From the NCBI GenBank assembly GCA_958370325.1, contig CATXJW010000003.1, positions 8,352 to 72,351 on the forward strand: a DNA stretch of 64,000 bases, written 5' to 3'. Numbering within the stretch: position 1 is the stretch's first letter; every line of letters begins with the position of its first letter. Positions 55,862 to 64,000 of this stretch are shown here, one piece after another. The stretch is from an uncultured Collinsella sp. GTDB lineage: Bacteria; Actinomycetota; Coriobacteriia; Coriobacteriales; Coriobacteriaceae. The translations under genes and the position numbers were made by a program. Under the pieces are notes generated by a model. That model searched no databases and was not told where the DNA came from. It saw only the letters and a program-made list of their open reading frames with translations.

Positions 55862-55892
55862 ACAAAATCTAAGTCAATTCATATAAGATTTC
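55862..55892 (-). promoter_or_regulatory. candidate HspR operator upstream of dnaK
   Basis: ACAAAATCTAAGTCAATTCATATAAGATTTC lies 107-137 nt upstream of the dnaK ATG. It shares AAATCTAAGTC-N5-ATATAAGATTT with the clpB box. Confidence 0.5.
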
Positions 55893-55989
55893 TTATTGCT
55901 GAGAGTTTAGGTTCTCAAATGCGCAGGTAGATGCACTGTTTGAGTTCTCGGCAAATCTATCGAGATCTATGTAGAGATGGCTGAGGTTT

Positions 55990-56140
55990 GCGTCCGGGGG
56001 TGCCTGGGGGCCGTTTTGCGGAAAGCTCGTCCCGGTTTGAACGTGGATTCCGAGTCGCAGTTTCCGCTAGCGGGCCCAACCGGAAACTGCGACCCGGTTT
56101 TCGGCCAAATAACGGGATACCCTTTCCGCAGGCACGCTTA
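55990..56140. repeat. intergenic element related to the interior of the 4864-5178 MITE-like element
   Basis: It shares ordered blocks with 4931-5110: CGGAAAGC, TTTGAA, TTTCCG(C/T)TAGCGG, TTTTCGGCCAAAT and CTTTCCGCAG. It has its own 13-bp hairpin, GTCGCAGTTTCCG / CGGAAACTGCGAC. Confidence 0.5.
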
Positions 56141-56351
56141 ATAGCTCAATATTTCAAGTCACCTTTAGCTAACATTTGCGCAGCTCAACGGCCCCACCTG
56201 CACGTTTTTTAGTAAACCTTGGCATACTCGGCGAACGGTATGAAGATGCCGGCCAGAGGGTATTGCAAACGGTCGCTCCCGTGGTATGTTTTTGCCCGAA
56301 TCAAACCGGCGCGCATCGTCTGTAGCGTCGGTCAACAGAGAGGAAACTACC

Positions 56352-56537
56352 ATGGCTCATCCCGTAATTGATGCCGACGAGTGCATCGCTTGTGGCGTTT
56401 GCGTCGACTCCTGCCCCGCTGGCGTTCTGGAGCTCCAGGACGTCGCTACCGTCGCTGACGAGGACTCCTGCGTCGCCTGTGGCGCTTGCCAGGACGCTTG
56501 CCCCGCTGGCGCGATCACCGAGATCGTCGAGGAGTAA
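56352..56537 (+). CDS. 2x[4Fe-4S] ferredoxin
   Basis: 61 aa with CIACGVCVDSCP and CVACGACQDACP. The ATG at 56352 lies behind AGAGAGGAAA. Confidence 0.85.
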   Translation: MAHPVIDADECIACGVCVDSCPAGVLELQDVATVADEDSCVACGACQDACPAGAITEIVEE

Positions 56538-56576
56538 CAACTCCCGCACTTGCACACTCAAAAGTACACCGTGCAC

Positions 56577-56617
56577 AAAAAGGAGGCCTCCGCATCGCCG
56601 CGGAGGCCTCCTTTTTT
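56577..56617 (+). terminator. rho-independent terminator after the ferredoxin gene
   Basis: AGGAGGCCTCCGC-atcgcc-GCGGAGGCCTCCT followed by TTTTT. Confidence 0.75.
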
Positions 56618-56656
56618 GTGTGATAACTAATTTGGCACCGTCGCAGGTTGAGCTCA

Positions 56657-56774
56657 CGTCAGCGAAAACGCCCCTAAGCGAGCAAGGTGACGTGAAAGAG
56701 GAGGGAAGCGTACTTCGGTACGCGACCGACGATTGAACGTCAGATTGCCGCTTAGGGGCGTTTGCAGCGTCGGC
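56657..56774. ncRNA. structured intergenic element, copy B (candidate ncRNA or structured repeat; strand unknown)
   Basis: Same architecture as 51308-51426. It sits between the convergent ferredoxin and niaR genes, and its end abuts the niaR stop codon. Confidence 0.5.
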
Positions 56775-57319
56775 TACGATAGATCGTCCTCGTAAGGCAT
56801 TAAATCGGCAAGGTAGCCCTTCTCCTTGAGTATGGCCTCGATCTCGTCGAGGGTCTGCTCGTCTTCCGCCGCAATGCGATGGAAGTGGTAGCCGCTGGTC
56901 ACCGTCAGCAGTGGGAAGCTCTTGCCGCTCTCGATATCGTGCAGGTAGCGCTCAACATCGCGACGATTGCGGATGTCCAGGTCGGCCGTGATCTTACCGT
57001 ACACGCGGTGATTGACGATCACGTTGAGCACGGCACCACCGGCGTCGACGATACTCGTGAGCTCATCGCCTGCCTGCTCCACGCCGTGGCGAACCTTGAC
57101 CAGACGCGTGGGCACAGCCGGGCTGCTCGCTGCCTCCTGTAGTACATAGCCGCGATTGGTGGCGACGATATCGTGCCCGTCGGCGCGCAGCAGGGCGATG
57201 TCCTGCACCACGACCTGGCGGCTCACACCCACCTCGCGGGCAAGCGCGCTGCCCGATACGGGCCCCTTGGCTCCCTCGAGCACGGCCATGATGGCACGGC
57301 GACGCTCGCGGGCGTTCAT
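56774..57319 (-). CDS. niaR: NiaR (YrxA)-type niacin-responsive repressor, HTH + 3H domain
   Basis: RRRAIMAVLEGAKGPVSGSALAREVGVSRQVVVQDIALLRADGHDI is followed by a His-containing 3H-type domain. It overlaps the nadC stop as TAATG. Confidence 0.8.
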   Translation of the reverse strand: MNARERRRAIMAVLEGAKGPVSGSALAREVGVSRQVVVQDIALLRADGHDIVATNRGYVLQEAASSPAVPTRLVKVRHGVEQAGDELTSIVDAGGAVLNVIVNHRVYGKITADLDIRNRRDVERYLHDIESGKSFPLLTVTSGYHFHRIAAEDEQTLDEIEAILKEKGYLADLMPYEDDLS

Positions 57320-58179
57320 TATTTACCGTCCAGCAGACGCAGGTGCTTAAGCGAGAGGTCGAGGATCGGCGCGGAGTGCGTCAGGGCGCCCGAGCTAATG
57401 TAGTCGACGCCCAGATCAGCCAGGGCGCGAATGTTGTCGGCGTCCACATTGCCCGAGCACTCGGTCTTGGCGCGACCGGCGATAAGCTCGATGGCGGCGA
57501 CCATGTCGTCATGGGTCATGTTGTCAAACATGATAATGTCGGCACCGGCCTCCACGGCTTCGCGTACCATGTCCAGGTTCTCGCACTCAATCTCGACCGT
57601 CGTGGTAAACGACGCGTGGGCGCGCGCCATCTCGATCGCGCGCGTCACGCCACCGGCGGCATCGATGTGGTTGTCCTTGAGCATGACGGCTGTCGACAGG
57701 TTGTAGCGATGGTTGCTGCCGCCGCCGATCTCAACCGCCGCCTTCTCAAACACGCGCATGCCCGGCGTGGTCTTGCGTGTGTCGACGAGCACGGTCTTGG
57801 TACCCTCGAGCGCCGCTGCCATTCTGTGCGTATAGGTAGCGATACCACTCATGCGCTGCAGGTAGTTGAGCGCCACGCGCTCGCCCGAAAGCAGCACGCG
57901 CGCATCGCCGCGCACCTGGCCCACGTGGTCGCCGGCGTGTACCTCGTCACCGTCGGCAACATCAAACAGCACCGAGCTCTGCGGATCCAGCAGCTCAAAG
58001 GTGCGAGCGAACACGTCCAGACCGGCGATGATGCCATCGGCCTTGGCGATGAGCTCCACCGTGGCGGGACGCGCCGTGGGGCACACGCTCGCCGTGCTCA
58101 CGTCCTCAAACGTAATGTCCTCGCGTAGGGCCTGCAGAATCAGATCATCGACGACGAGCTTCATGGTAATGGGATTCAT
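57319..58179 (-). CDS. nadC: nicotinate-nucleotide pyrophosphorylase (carboxylating)
   Basis: 286 aa with ...LLSGERVALNYLQRMSGIAT...DTRKTTPG...MLKDNH..., typical of QPRTase. Confidence 0.9.
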   Translation of the reverse strand: MNPITMKLVVDDLILQALREDITFEDVSTASVCPTARPATVELIAKADGIIAGLDVFARTFELLDPQSSVLFDVADGDEVHAGDHVGQVRGDARVLLSGERVALNYLQRMSGIATYTHRMAAALEGTKTVLVDTRKTTPGMRVFEKAAVEIGGGSNHRYNLSTAVMLKDNHIDAAGGVTRAIEMARAHASFTTTVEIECENLDMVREAVEAGADIIMFDNMTHDDMVAAIELIAGRAKTECSGNVDADNIRALADLGVDYISSGALTHSAPILDLSLKHLRLLDGK

Positions 58180-58182
58180 GGT

Positions 58183-59586
58183 CTACTCCTCCACGGCCTG
58201 CGTGCCGGCGGCACGGGCCAAATCATCGATTGCCAGGGAGTCGGCGCTCAGGGCGCGATGACGCCCGTCGAGCGCGGGCTCGCCCGCCTGCTCCACGGCG
58301 AGCGACTCGCCGGTGCGCATGCACCAGGCGGCACGGCGGCCCCAAACCAGGGACTCGAGCAGGCTGTTGGAAGCCAGGCGATTCTTGCCGTGCACGCCGC
58401 TGCAGGCCGTCTCACCGGCTGCGTAGAGCTCGGGCATCGAGGTGCGGCCGTCCTTGTCGACCCACACGCCGCCCATAAAGTAGTGCTGCGTAGGCGTAAC
58501 GGGGATGGGCTCGTCCAAGATGTCGCGGCCGTCCTCCAAGCAGCGTGCGCGAATGTTGGCAAAGTGCCCGGTCACTACATCGCGCTCGACGGGGGCAAAG
58601 CTCAGCCACTCGTGCTCGGTACCGTCCTGCTTCATCTGCTCGCGAATAGCGGCAGCGACCACATCGCGCGGCTGAAGCTCGTCGGTAAAGCGCTCACCGG
58701 CGGCGTTGAGCAAAATCGCACCCTCGCCGCGGCAGCTCTCGCTGATCAGGAAGGTGCGGCCTGGCTGCGGCGAGAACAGTCCCGTGGGGTGGATCTGCAC
58801 GTAGTCCAGGTGCTCCATCTTAATGCCATGCTCCTGCGCGATGTAGCAGGCGTCGCCCGTGAGCTGCGGGTAGTTGGTCGAATGGTCGTATACGCCACCG
58901 ATGCCGCCCGTCGCCCACAGCGTATGGCGAGCATGGATCTTAAACGGCTTACCGACATGCACGCCCTCAGCGGCATTTGCCAGCTCGTCGGCGGGGCGAG
59001 CTGAATCGTCCTCGTCCACGGGAACGGCGACGACACCGGCACACACCGTGGCGCCGTCACGCTCGCCCGTCAGGATGTCGGTCATGGCCACGTGCTCCAA
59101 AATCTGCACGTTATCCAGTTTGCGAACGGCTTGGAGCAGCTTGGTCGTGATCTCCTTGCCCGTAATGTCGGCATGGAAGGCAATGCGGGGGCGGCTGTGC
59201 GCACCCTCGCGGGTAAAGTCGAGGCTGCCGTCGGCCTTGCGCTCAAAGTCCACGCCCATCGCCAGCAGGTCGTTGATGACCGAGCGGCTCGAGCGGATCA
59301 TGATGTCGACGCTCTCGCGGCGGTTCTCGTAGTGGCCGGCGTGCATGGTGTCCTCAAAGAAGGCATCGTAGTCCGAGCCCTCGGGCAGCACGCAAATGCC
59401 ACCCTGCGCGAGCATCGAATCGCACTCGTCGACAGCGCCCTTGGAGAGCATGATCACGCACATGCTCGTCGGCAGGTTGAGAGCCGCATACAGGCCCGCT
59501 ACGCCGCAGCCGGCAATAACGACGTCGCACTCCATATCGGGGTATTGCTTGGTTTCCACAGGAATCCTCTCCCTTGAATGTGACAT
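58183..59586 (-). CDS. nadB: L-aspartate oxidase
   Basis: CDVVIAGCGVAGLYAAL is the FAD motif, with ...RPRIAFHAD... and ...HYFMGGV.... The track ORF (551 aa) extends upstream into nadA in another frame. I start at the ATG at 59586. The GTG at 59559, behind AGGGAGAGGA, is an equally plausible start. Confidence 0.88.
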   Translation of the reverse strand: MSHSRERIPVETKQYPDMECDVVIAGCGVAGLYAALNLPTSMCVIMLSKGAVDECDSMLAQGGICVLPEGSDYDAFFEDTMHAGHYENRRESVDIMIRSSRSVINDLLAMGVDFERKADGSLDFTREGAHSRPRIAFHADITGKEITTKLLQAVRKLDNVQILEHVAMTDILTGERDGATVCAGVVAVPVDEDDSARPADELANAAEGVHVGKPFKIHARHTLWATGGIGGVYDHSTNYPQLTGDACYIAQEHGIKMEHLDYVQIHPTGLFSPQPGRTFLISESCRGEGAILLNAAGERFTDELQPRDVVAAAIREQMKQDGTEHEWLSFAPVERDVVTGHFANIRARCLEDGRDILDEPIPVTPTQHYFMGGVWVDKDGRTSMPELYAAGETACSGVHGKNRLASNSLLESLVWGRRAAWCMRTGESLAVEQAGEPALDGRHRALSADSLAIDDLARAAGTQAVEE

Positions 59587-59614
59587 AAGGGACCGTCCCT
59601 CATGCCGCATTGTT

Positions 59615-60643
59615 CTAGCGCGCTGCGTACTCGAGCATGCGGTCGAGCGTGAGCTTGGCCTGATCGGCGGCCTCGTCCGACACGCCAATCTGCACCTCGC
59701 CCTCGCCCGTCTCCAGGCAGCGCACGAGCTTTTCGAGCGTGATGAGATCCATGTTGACGCAGGTGGGCTGCACCGCGGGGAAGTAGAACTTCTTGCCGGT
59801 GCCCTGGCAGCGGCGCTCGAGCTCGTAGAGCACGCCACAGACCGTCACGATAATGAACTCGCTCGCGTCGGACTCCTCGGCGTACTTGATGATGCCGGCG
59901 GTGGAGCCGATGTAGTCGGCCTCGGCCAAGACGTCGGCCTTGCACTCAGGATGCGCCAGCACGAGCGCGTCGGGGTGGGCCTCCGTCGCGTCGACAATCT
60001 GCTCGACGGTGATGATGTGATGGCGCGGGCAGTAGCCGTTGTTGAGAATGACGTGCTTTTGCGGCACCTGCTCGGCTACGAAGCGGCCGAGGTTTTGGTC
60101 GGGAATGAACAGGATATGCTGCTGCGGCAGCTCGGACACGATCTTGACGGCGTTGGAGCTGGTGACGCACACGTCGCTCCAGCTCTTGATCTCAACCGTG
60201 GAGTTGACGTAGCAGACCACGGCAAGGTCATCGCCGTACTCGGCGCGCGCCGCATCGACTGTCTCGCGCTTGACCATATGAGCCATGGGACAGTCCGCGC
60301 CCGGCTCGGGCAGCAGCACCGTCTTGGTGGGATTGAGCAGCTTGGCGCTCTCGCCCATAAACTCCACGCCGCACAGCACGATGGTCTGCTGCGGCAGGCT
60401 CTTGGCGAGCTTAGCCAGGTAGAAGCTGTCGCCGACGTAATCGGCCACAGCCTGGACCTCGGGTGCCACGTAATAGTGTGCCAGGATCACCGCGTCGCGT
60501 TGGGTTTTAAGTTGCTGAATGGCCTCGACGAGCTCTGCGGGCACCAATGCCGCGCGCTCCGTTGCCGTCGTTGCCGATGCCAGGCCGGCCGCAATGTCGC
60601 GTGCAAGCTCCGATGCATCCATGTTCGCGCTCTGTGCCATCAA
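59615..60643 (-). CDS. nadA: quinolinate synthase
   Basis: 342 aa with ...ILAHYY...DYVGDS..., and Cys ligands in CPMAHM, YVNS and CPRH contexts typical of NadA. Confidence 0.9.
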   Translation of the reverse strand: MMAQSANMDASELARDIAAGLASATTATERAALVPAELVEAIQQLKTQRDAVILAHYYVAPEVQAVADYVGDSFYLAKLAKSLPQQTIVLCGVEFMGESAKLLNPTKTVLLPEPGADCPMAHMVKRETVDAARAEYGDDLAVVCYVNSTVEIKSWSDVCVTSSNAVKIVSELPQQHILFIPDQNLGRFVAEQVPQKHVILNNGYCPRHHIITVEQIVDATEAHPDALVLAHPECKADVLAEADYIGSTAGIIKYAEESDASEFIIVTVCGVLYELERRCQGTGKKFYFPAVQPTCVNMDLITLEKLVRCLETGEGEVQIGVSDEAADQAKLTLDRMLEYAAR

Positions 60644-60681
60644 GGCCCCTCTCTTTTGGCGAATCTTGGGGCTTTAGTATG

Positions 60682-60725
60682 ACACCTAGGTTTACAGCTG
60701 ACAAGACAGCTGTAAACCTAGGTGT
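60682..60725. promoter_or_regulatory. 44-bp perfect palindrome upstream of nadA; candidate NiaR operator
   Basis: ACACCTAGGTTTACAGCTG (60682-60700), spacer acaaga, then CAGCTGTAAACCTAGGTGT (60707-60725). It lies 39-82 nt upstream of the nadA ATG. Confidence 0.6.
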
Positions 60726-60931
60726 AAAGTTGAAATAAAGATTCAATCATGCGGCAGGTCCATTTTCGAACTGGCAAGCTGAGGATAGCCGAGCTCTCGA
60801 TAGCGCAGGAGGCATCTTTCGCCACCGCAATACCGCTCGGCGCGAGTTGCGCACCATGAGGCACGAACGGGCGCTCCCCCGCGAGCGGCACGCGCCCAAT
60901 GTGGCAAAATCGAACTACTAAGGGGGCCCGA

Positions 60932-61654
60932 ATGCTCAAGATTATTGCCTGCGACGATGACGTCGCTTTTCTAGATAGACTGCACCGGATGATCGACCGT
61001 TGGTCGACCGAGAAGGGCACGGCGGTCGATGTTGCGCTCGTCACGCGCGGCGAGGACCTGCTGGCGCGCCATGCCGCGTCGCGCGCCGACATCATCCTGC
61101 TCGACATGATCATGCCACTCGTCAACGGCATGGACACCGCACGCGAATTGCGCCAGGCCGACACCGCCGTGCGCCTGGTGTTCCTTACCTCGTCGCCCGA
61201 GTTTGCACTGGAGTCCTACGAGGTCCGCGCCTTCGACTATTTGCTCAAGCCCGTGACTTACGAACGCCTGGCGCAGTTACTCGACGAACTTTCGAGCATG
61301 CGCCCGGCGACAACCGACGAGCTCGTGATCAAAACGTCCTTTGGCTACCACGCCCTGCGCCTGTCCGACATCGAATATGCCGAGGCGCGCAACAAGCACG
61401 TGGTCTTCCACCTGCGCGACGGACGCGATATCGAGGCACTCGAGTCGTTCCGCAGCGTCGAGGACCGTTTGGCGCAAAATGCCACCTTCTTTAAATGCCA
61501 CCGTAGCTACCAGGTCAACTTGCGCAACATCGACCACTTCGATCGCACGGACATCGTCATGCGCTCCGGCGCGTGCATTCCGCTGTCGCGCAGCAGCAAG
61601 CAGGGGTTCCAAGACGCCTACTTTGCGGTGCGCTTTGAGGGCGTGAGGCGCTGA
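60932..61654 (+). CDS. LytTR/AlgR-family response regulator
   Basis: Receiver domain (MLKIIACDDD...ILLDMIMP) plus a LytTR DNA-binding domain (...FFKCHRSYQVNLRNIDHF). ATG at 60932 behind AAGGGGG. Confidence 0.85.
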   Translation: MLKIIACDDDVAFLDRLHRMIDRWSTEKGTAVDVALVTRGEDLLARHAASRADIILLDMIMPLVNGMDTARELRQADTAVRLVFLTSSPEFALESYEVRAFDYLLKPVTYERLAQLLDELSSMRPATTDELVIKTSFGYHALRLSDIEYAEARNKHVVFHLRDGRDIEALESFRSVEDRLAQNATFFKCHRSYQVNLRNIDHFDRTDIVMRSGACIPLSRSSKQGFQDAYFAVRFEGVRR

Positions 61655-62931
61655 TGATCCCCTCGGTCGAAATGGTCCTTTGGGCAATCCACCACGCCAC
61701 GACGCTGCTCTTTGGCGTCTTTGCTTCGGCGGCGCTGTGCGGTATCGAAATCAATCGACGCCATGCACTCGAGTTGGTGGGGGTCGGAGCCGCAACCGGC
61801 GCTGCCTTTTCGATCGCCAATGTCGTTGGCGGAGAGCTTTTTGCCCGTCAGGTCTATCCGCTCGTCGTGCACCTGCCGCTTACCGTCTACCTGTGTGCGC
61901 GCTACCGCCTGAGCCCGCTGCTCGCGGCATTGGGCGTCACCAGCGCCTATCTGAGCTGTCAGTTCAGCAACTGGATGGGCATCGCCGCCTTTGCCGCAAC
62001 CGATTCTCAGATCGCGTACTATCTGGCACGCATCGCTACCACGCTCGCCGTCTTTGCCGTCCTGCTGCATTGGGCCGGCGACATTGGACCCCGCCTGGCG
62101 ATTAAAAGCCCCACCGAGCTGGGCATCCTTTTAATCCTGCCGCTCGTCTATTACATCTTTGACTACGCCACCAACGTCTACACCACGCTGTTCCACTCGG
62201 GCTCGGTGGTGACAGTTGAGTTTTTGGCATTTGCGCTCTGTGCCTTCTATCTTATGTTTCTTGCCGTCTACCTGCGCGAATACGAAGAAAAGGAAGCCGC
62301 CGAGCGAGAGCGTTGGATGCTCGAAACCCGCGACAGCGCCGCCATCAAAGAGCTCGAGGCTTGGCGTCAATCTGGGCGCGAGCTGTCGATTCTTCGCCAC
62401 GATATGCGCCACTTCCTACGCAGCCTGGCCGCTTTAATTGAGGAGGGCCACACCGACGAGGCGCTCAAACGCATCGACGAACTCTGCGAAGCCGGCGACC
62501 GCACCGCCGTACGCCGCTTCTGCGCCAACGAGACCGTAAACATCGCGCTTTCGTCATTCAACTCGGATATCAATAGAAACGGCATTACCGCCAACCTGCG
62601 CGCCGCCGTACCCGAAACCGTCCACGTAGGTGACGCCGACCTGTTTAGCGTGCTCTCAAATGCCTTGGAAAACGCTATCACCGCCGCAAGCGCCGCACCC
62701 CAAGGAAAGCGATTCGTCGACCTTGACCTGCGACTTGAGGATGGCCAGCTGCTGCTGTTAGTTTCCAACACGTTTGACCGCGCGCCGCGCATGGTCGACG
62801 GCATGCCCGTGACCCGGCATGCGGGCCACGGCTTTGGCACCAAAAGCATCAAACTTGCCGTGGAGCGTATGAACGGCAACTGCCAGTTCCGCATTAACGG
62901 CGATCGGTTTGAGCTGCGCGCTGTGATGTAA
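61654..62931 (+). CDS. AgrC-like (HPK10-type) membrane histidine kinase, GHKL ATPase domain
   Basis: About 6 N-terminal TM helices, the H-box region ILRHDMRHFL, the N box SNALENAI and the G box HGFGTKSI. The start overlaps the RR stop (ATGA). Confidence 0.8.
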   Translation: MIPSVEMVLWAIHHATTLLFGVFASAALCGIEINRRHALELVGVGAATGAAFSIANVVGGELFARQVYPLVVHLPLTVYLCARYRLSPLLAALGVTSAYLSCQFSNWMGIAAFAATDSQIAYYLARIATTLAVFAVLLHWAGDIGPRLAIKSPTELGILLILPLVYYIFDYATNVYTTLFHSGSVVTVEFLAFALCAFYLMFLAVYLREYEEKEAAERERWMLETRDSAAIKELEAWRQSGRELSILRHDMRHFLRSLAALIEEGHTDEALKRIDELCEAGDRTAVRRFCANETVNIALSSFNSDINRNGITANLRAAVPETVHVGDADLFSVLSNALENAITAASAAPQGKRFVDLDLRLEDGQLLLLVSNTFDRAPRMVDGMPVTRHAGHGFGTKSIKLAVERMNGNCQFRINGDRFELRAVM

Positions 62932-63005
62932 GGGCGCGGGCGCGACGGATTTGCGTTCCGCGGGTACGGCTCGCCCGCTCGGGGTCGTTTGTCGACGCGG
63001 GCTCG

Positions 63006-63581
63006 CTACAGCGGCGCGGCCGCCGGGGTCAGCTGCTTGATGTAGGCCCACATGCGCTGCTTAGCGGCCTTGTCGGTGAGTGCCGCCTCAAAGCCGTCGA
63101 GCGCGAGCACGCGGCGGCCCTGCACATGGGCGACCAGGCCGGGCTTGAGCATGGCGGTGTCGAAGTCATCGATCGCCACGAGCATATCGGCGTAGGCCTC
63201 GCGCATGGCATCGGCCGCGTTGTTGTCGAGCAGTAGCACCGCCTCGGGGTCCAAGGCCTCAAGCGCCTCGCGGAACAGCTCGCACGGCAGAGCCTCGCCC
63301 ACCGTGACCGCTCCGTCGCCTGCGCCGGTGACGCTTGCCAGCACGCAAAAATCCTCGGGCGCGTAGCCGATGGCCCCAAGCGCCTTGCGCAACGCCGCGC
63401 CATCCGGGCCGGCGGCAAGCTCGCCACCCGAACGCTCGGCCTCGTCCAAATCGCCTTTGACCAGAACGATCGGCGAGCACGCGTTGCCCACGATGCGCAC
63501 GCCACGGACCGCAAGCGATGTGAGCTCCTGCTCGGCCGCCTGGGCGATGGCTTCTTTTTTCTGGCTTTGTGACGTGGACAT
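63006..63581 (-). CDS. hypothetical protein, possibly a degenerate uracil-DNA-glycosylase-superfamily fold
   Basis: 191 aa from the ATG at 63581, behind GGAGAG. It has the layout of a family-4 UDG-like protein (IVLVKGDL...GPDGAALRKAL...), but I do not see the catalytic GEAPG-type motif. The call is weak. Confidence 0.4.
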   Translation of the reverse strand: MSTSQSQKKEAIAQAAEQELTSLAVRGVRIVGNACSPIVLVKGDLDEAERSGGELAAGPDGAALRKALGAIGYAPEDFCVLASVTGAGDGAVTVGEALPCELFREALEALDPEAVLLLDNNAADAMREAYADMLVAIDDFDTAMLKPGLVAHVQGRRVLALDGFEAALTDKAAKQRMWAYIKQLTPAAAPL

Positions 63582-63717
63582 GCGCTCTCCAATCGTTTGC
63601 GTGCCCACCATTATATAAAAGAGCCGCCTGCGAGTGGTTGCTTTGCGGGCGGCTGGGTATAAGCACGGTCGTACTGAGTTTTACGCGGCTGAGCCGCGTC
63701 ACATTATGGAGGTCACC

Positions 63718-64000
63718 ATGGCTGACATTAAGCAGATTACCCCCGAGAACTTCGATTCCATCGTTAACGGCAGCCTGCCCGTGCTGGTCGATTTTTGGGC
63801 ACCGTGGTGCGGGCCCTGCCGATCGCTCTCGCCCATCGTTGACGAGGTTGCCGATGAGCTGGCGGGCAAGCTTGCCGTTGCCAAATGCAACGTCGACGAC
63901 AACCAGGACCTGGCCATGAAGTATGGCGTCATGAGCATCCCCACGCTGATTGTGTTTAAGAACGGCGAAGAGATTGACCGCTCGGTTGGCGCTCTGCCCA
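63718..64000 (+). CDS. trxA: thioredoxin (3' end outside the window)
   Basis: Not in the ORF track because it is truncated. My translation is MADIKQITPENFDSIVNGSLPVLVDFWAPWCGPCRSLSPIVDEVADELAGKLAVAKCNVDDNQDLAMKYGVMSIPTLIVFKNGEEIDRSVGALP, with the WCGPC active site. GGAGG lies upstream. Confidence 0.9.
   Translation, partial: MADIKQITPENFDSIVNGSLPVLVDFWAPWCGPCRSLSPIVDEVADELAGKLAVAKCNVDDNQDLAMKYGVMSIPTLIVFKNGEEIDRSVGALP

Noticed and set aside
58183-59838. Full 551-aa version of the nadB ORF
   Set aside because: The first ~84 codons overlap the nadA 3' end in another frame and are Ser/Arg/Ala shadow sequence. The FAD-binding motif follows shortly after the ATG at 59586 or the GTG at 59559.

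Overview
This is 64 kb of a high-GC Gram-positive (Actinomycetota) chromosome. The gene content and order look Coriobacteriia/Collinsella-like: PFOR, mannose-PTS, nadABC-niaR, fhaA-fhaB-pstP-rodA/pbp-pknB, dnaK-grpE-dnaJ-hspR and clpB. That taxonomic call is inference only. I support about 50 CDS and one tRNA-Arg(CCU). I saw no rRNA, no CRISPR array and no transposase or integrase ORF. The many long ORFs antisense to real genes are high-GC shadow frames. Most of the window is housekeeping, and I did not recognise any known defence or mobile system, so candidates for something new carry modest scores. Six things stand out. (1) rodA and the class B PBP are fused in one 955-aa ORF inside a 10-kb translationally coupled STPK/FHA/PP2C operon. 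(2) There is a second, uncharacterised tricistron encoding a secreted protein, an STPK and an FHA protein. (3) Several families of short intergenic repeats share a GGGGAC core. They include a 315-bp MITE-like element, 56-bp palindromes that bracket the mannose-PTS operon next to a tRNA with duplicated 3' ends, and 33-bp hairpins that bracket two divergent orphan genes. (4) Two ~118-nt intergenic elements differ by helix-preserving compensatory changes, which makes them a candidate structured RNA. (5) Three tandem ~80-bp hairpin units lie upstream of clpB. (6) There are candidate HspR and NiaR operators.
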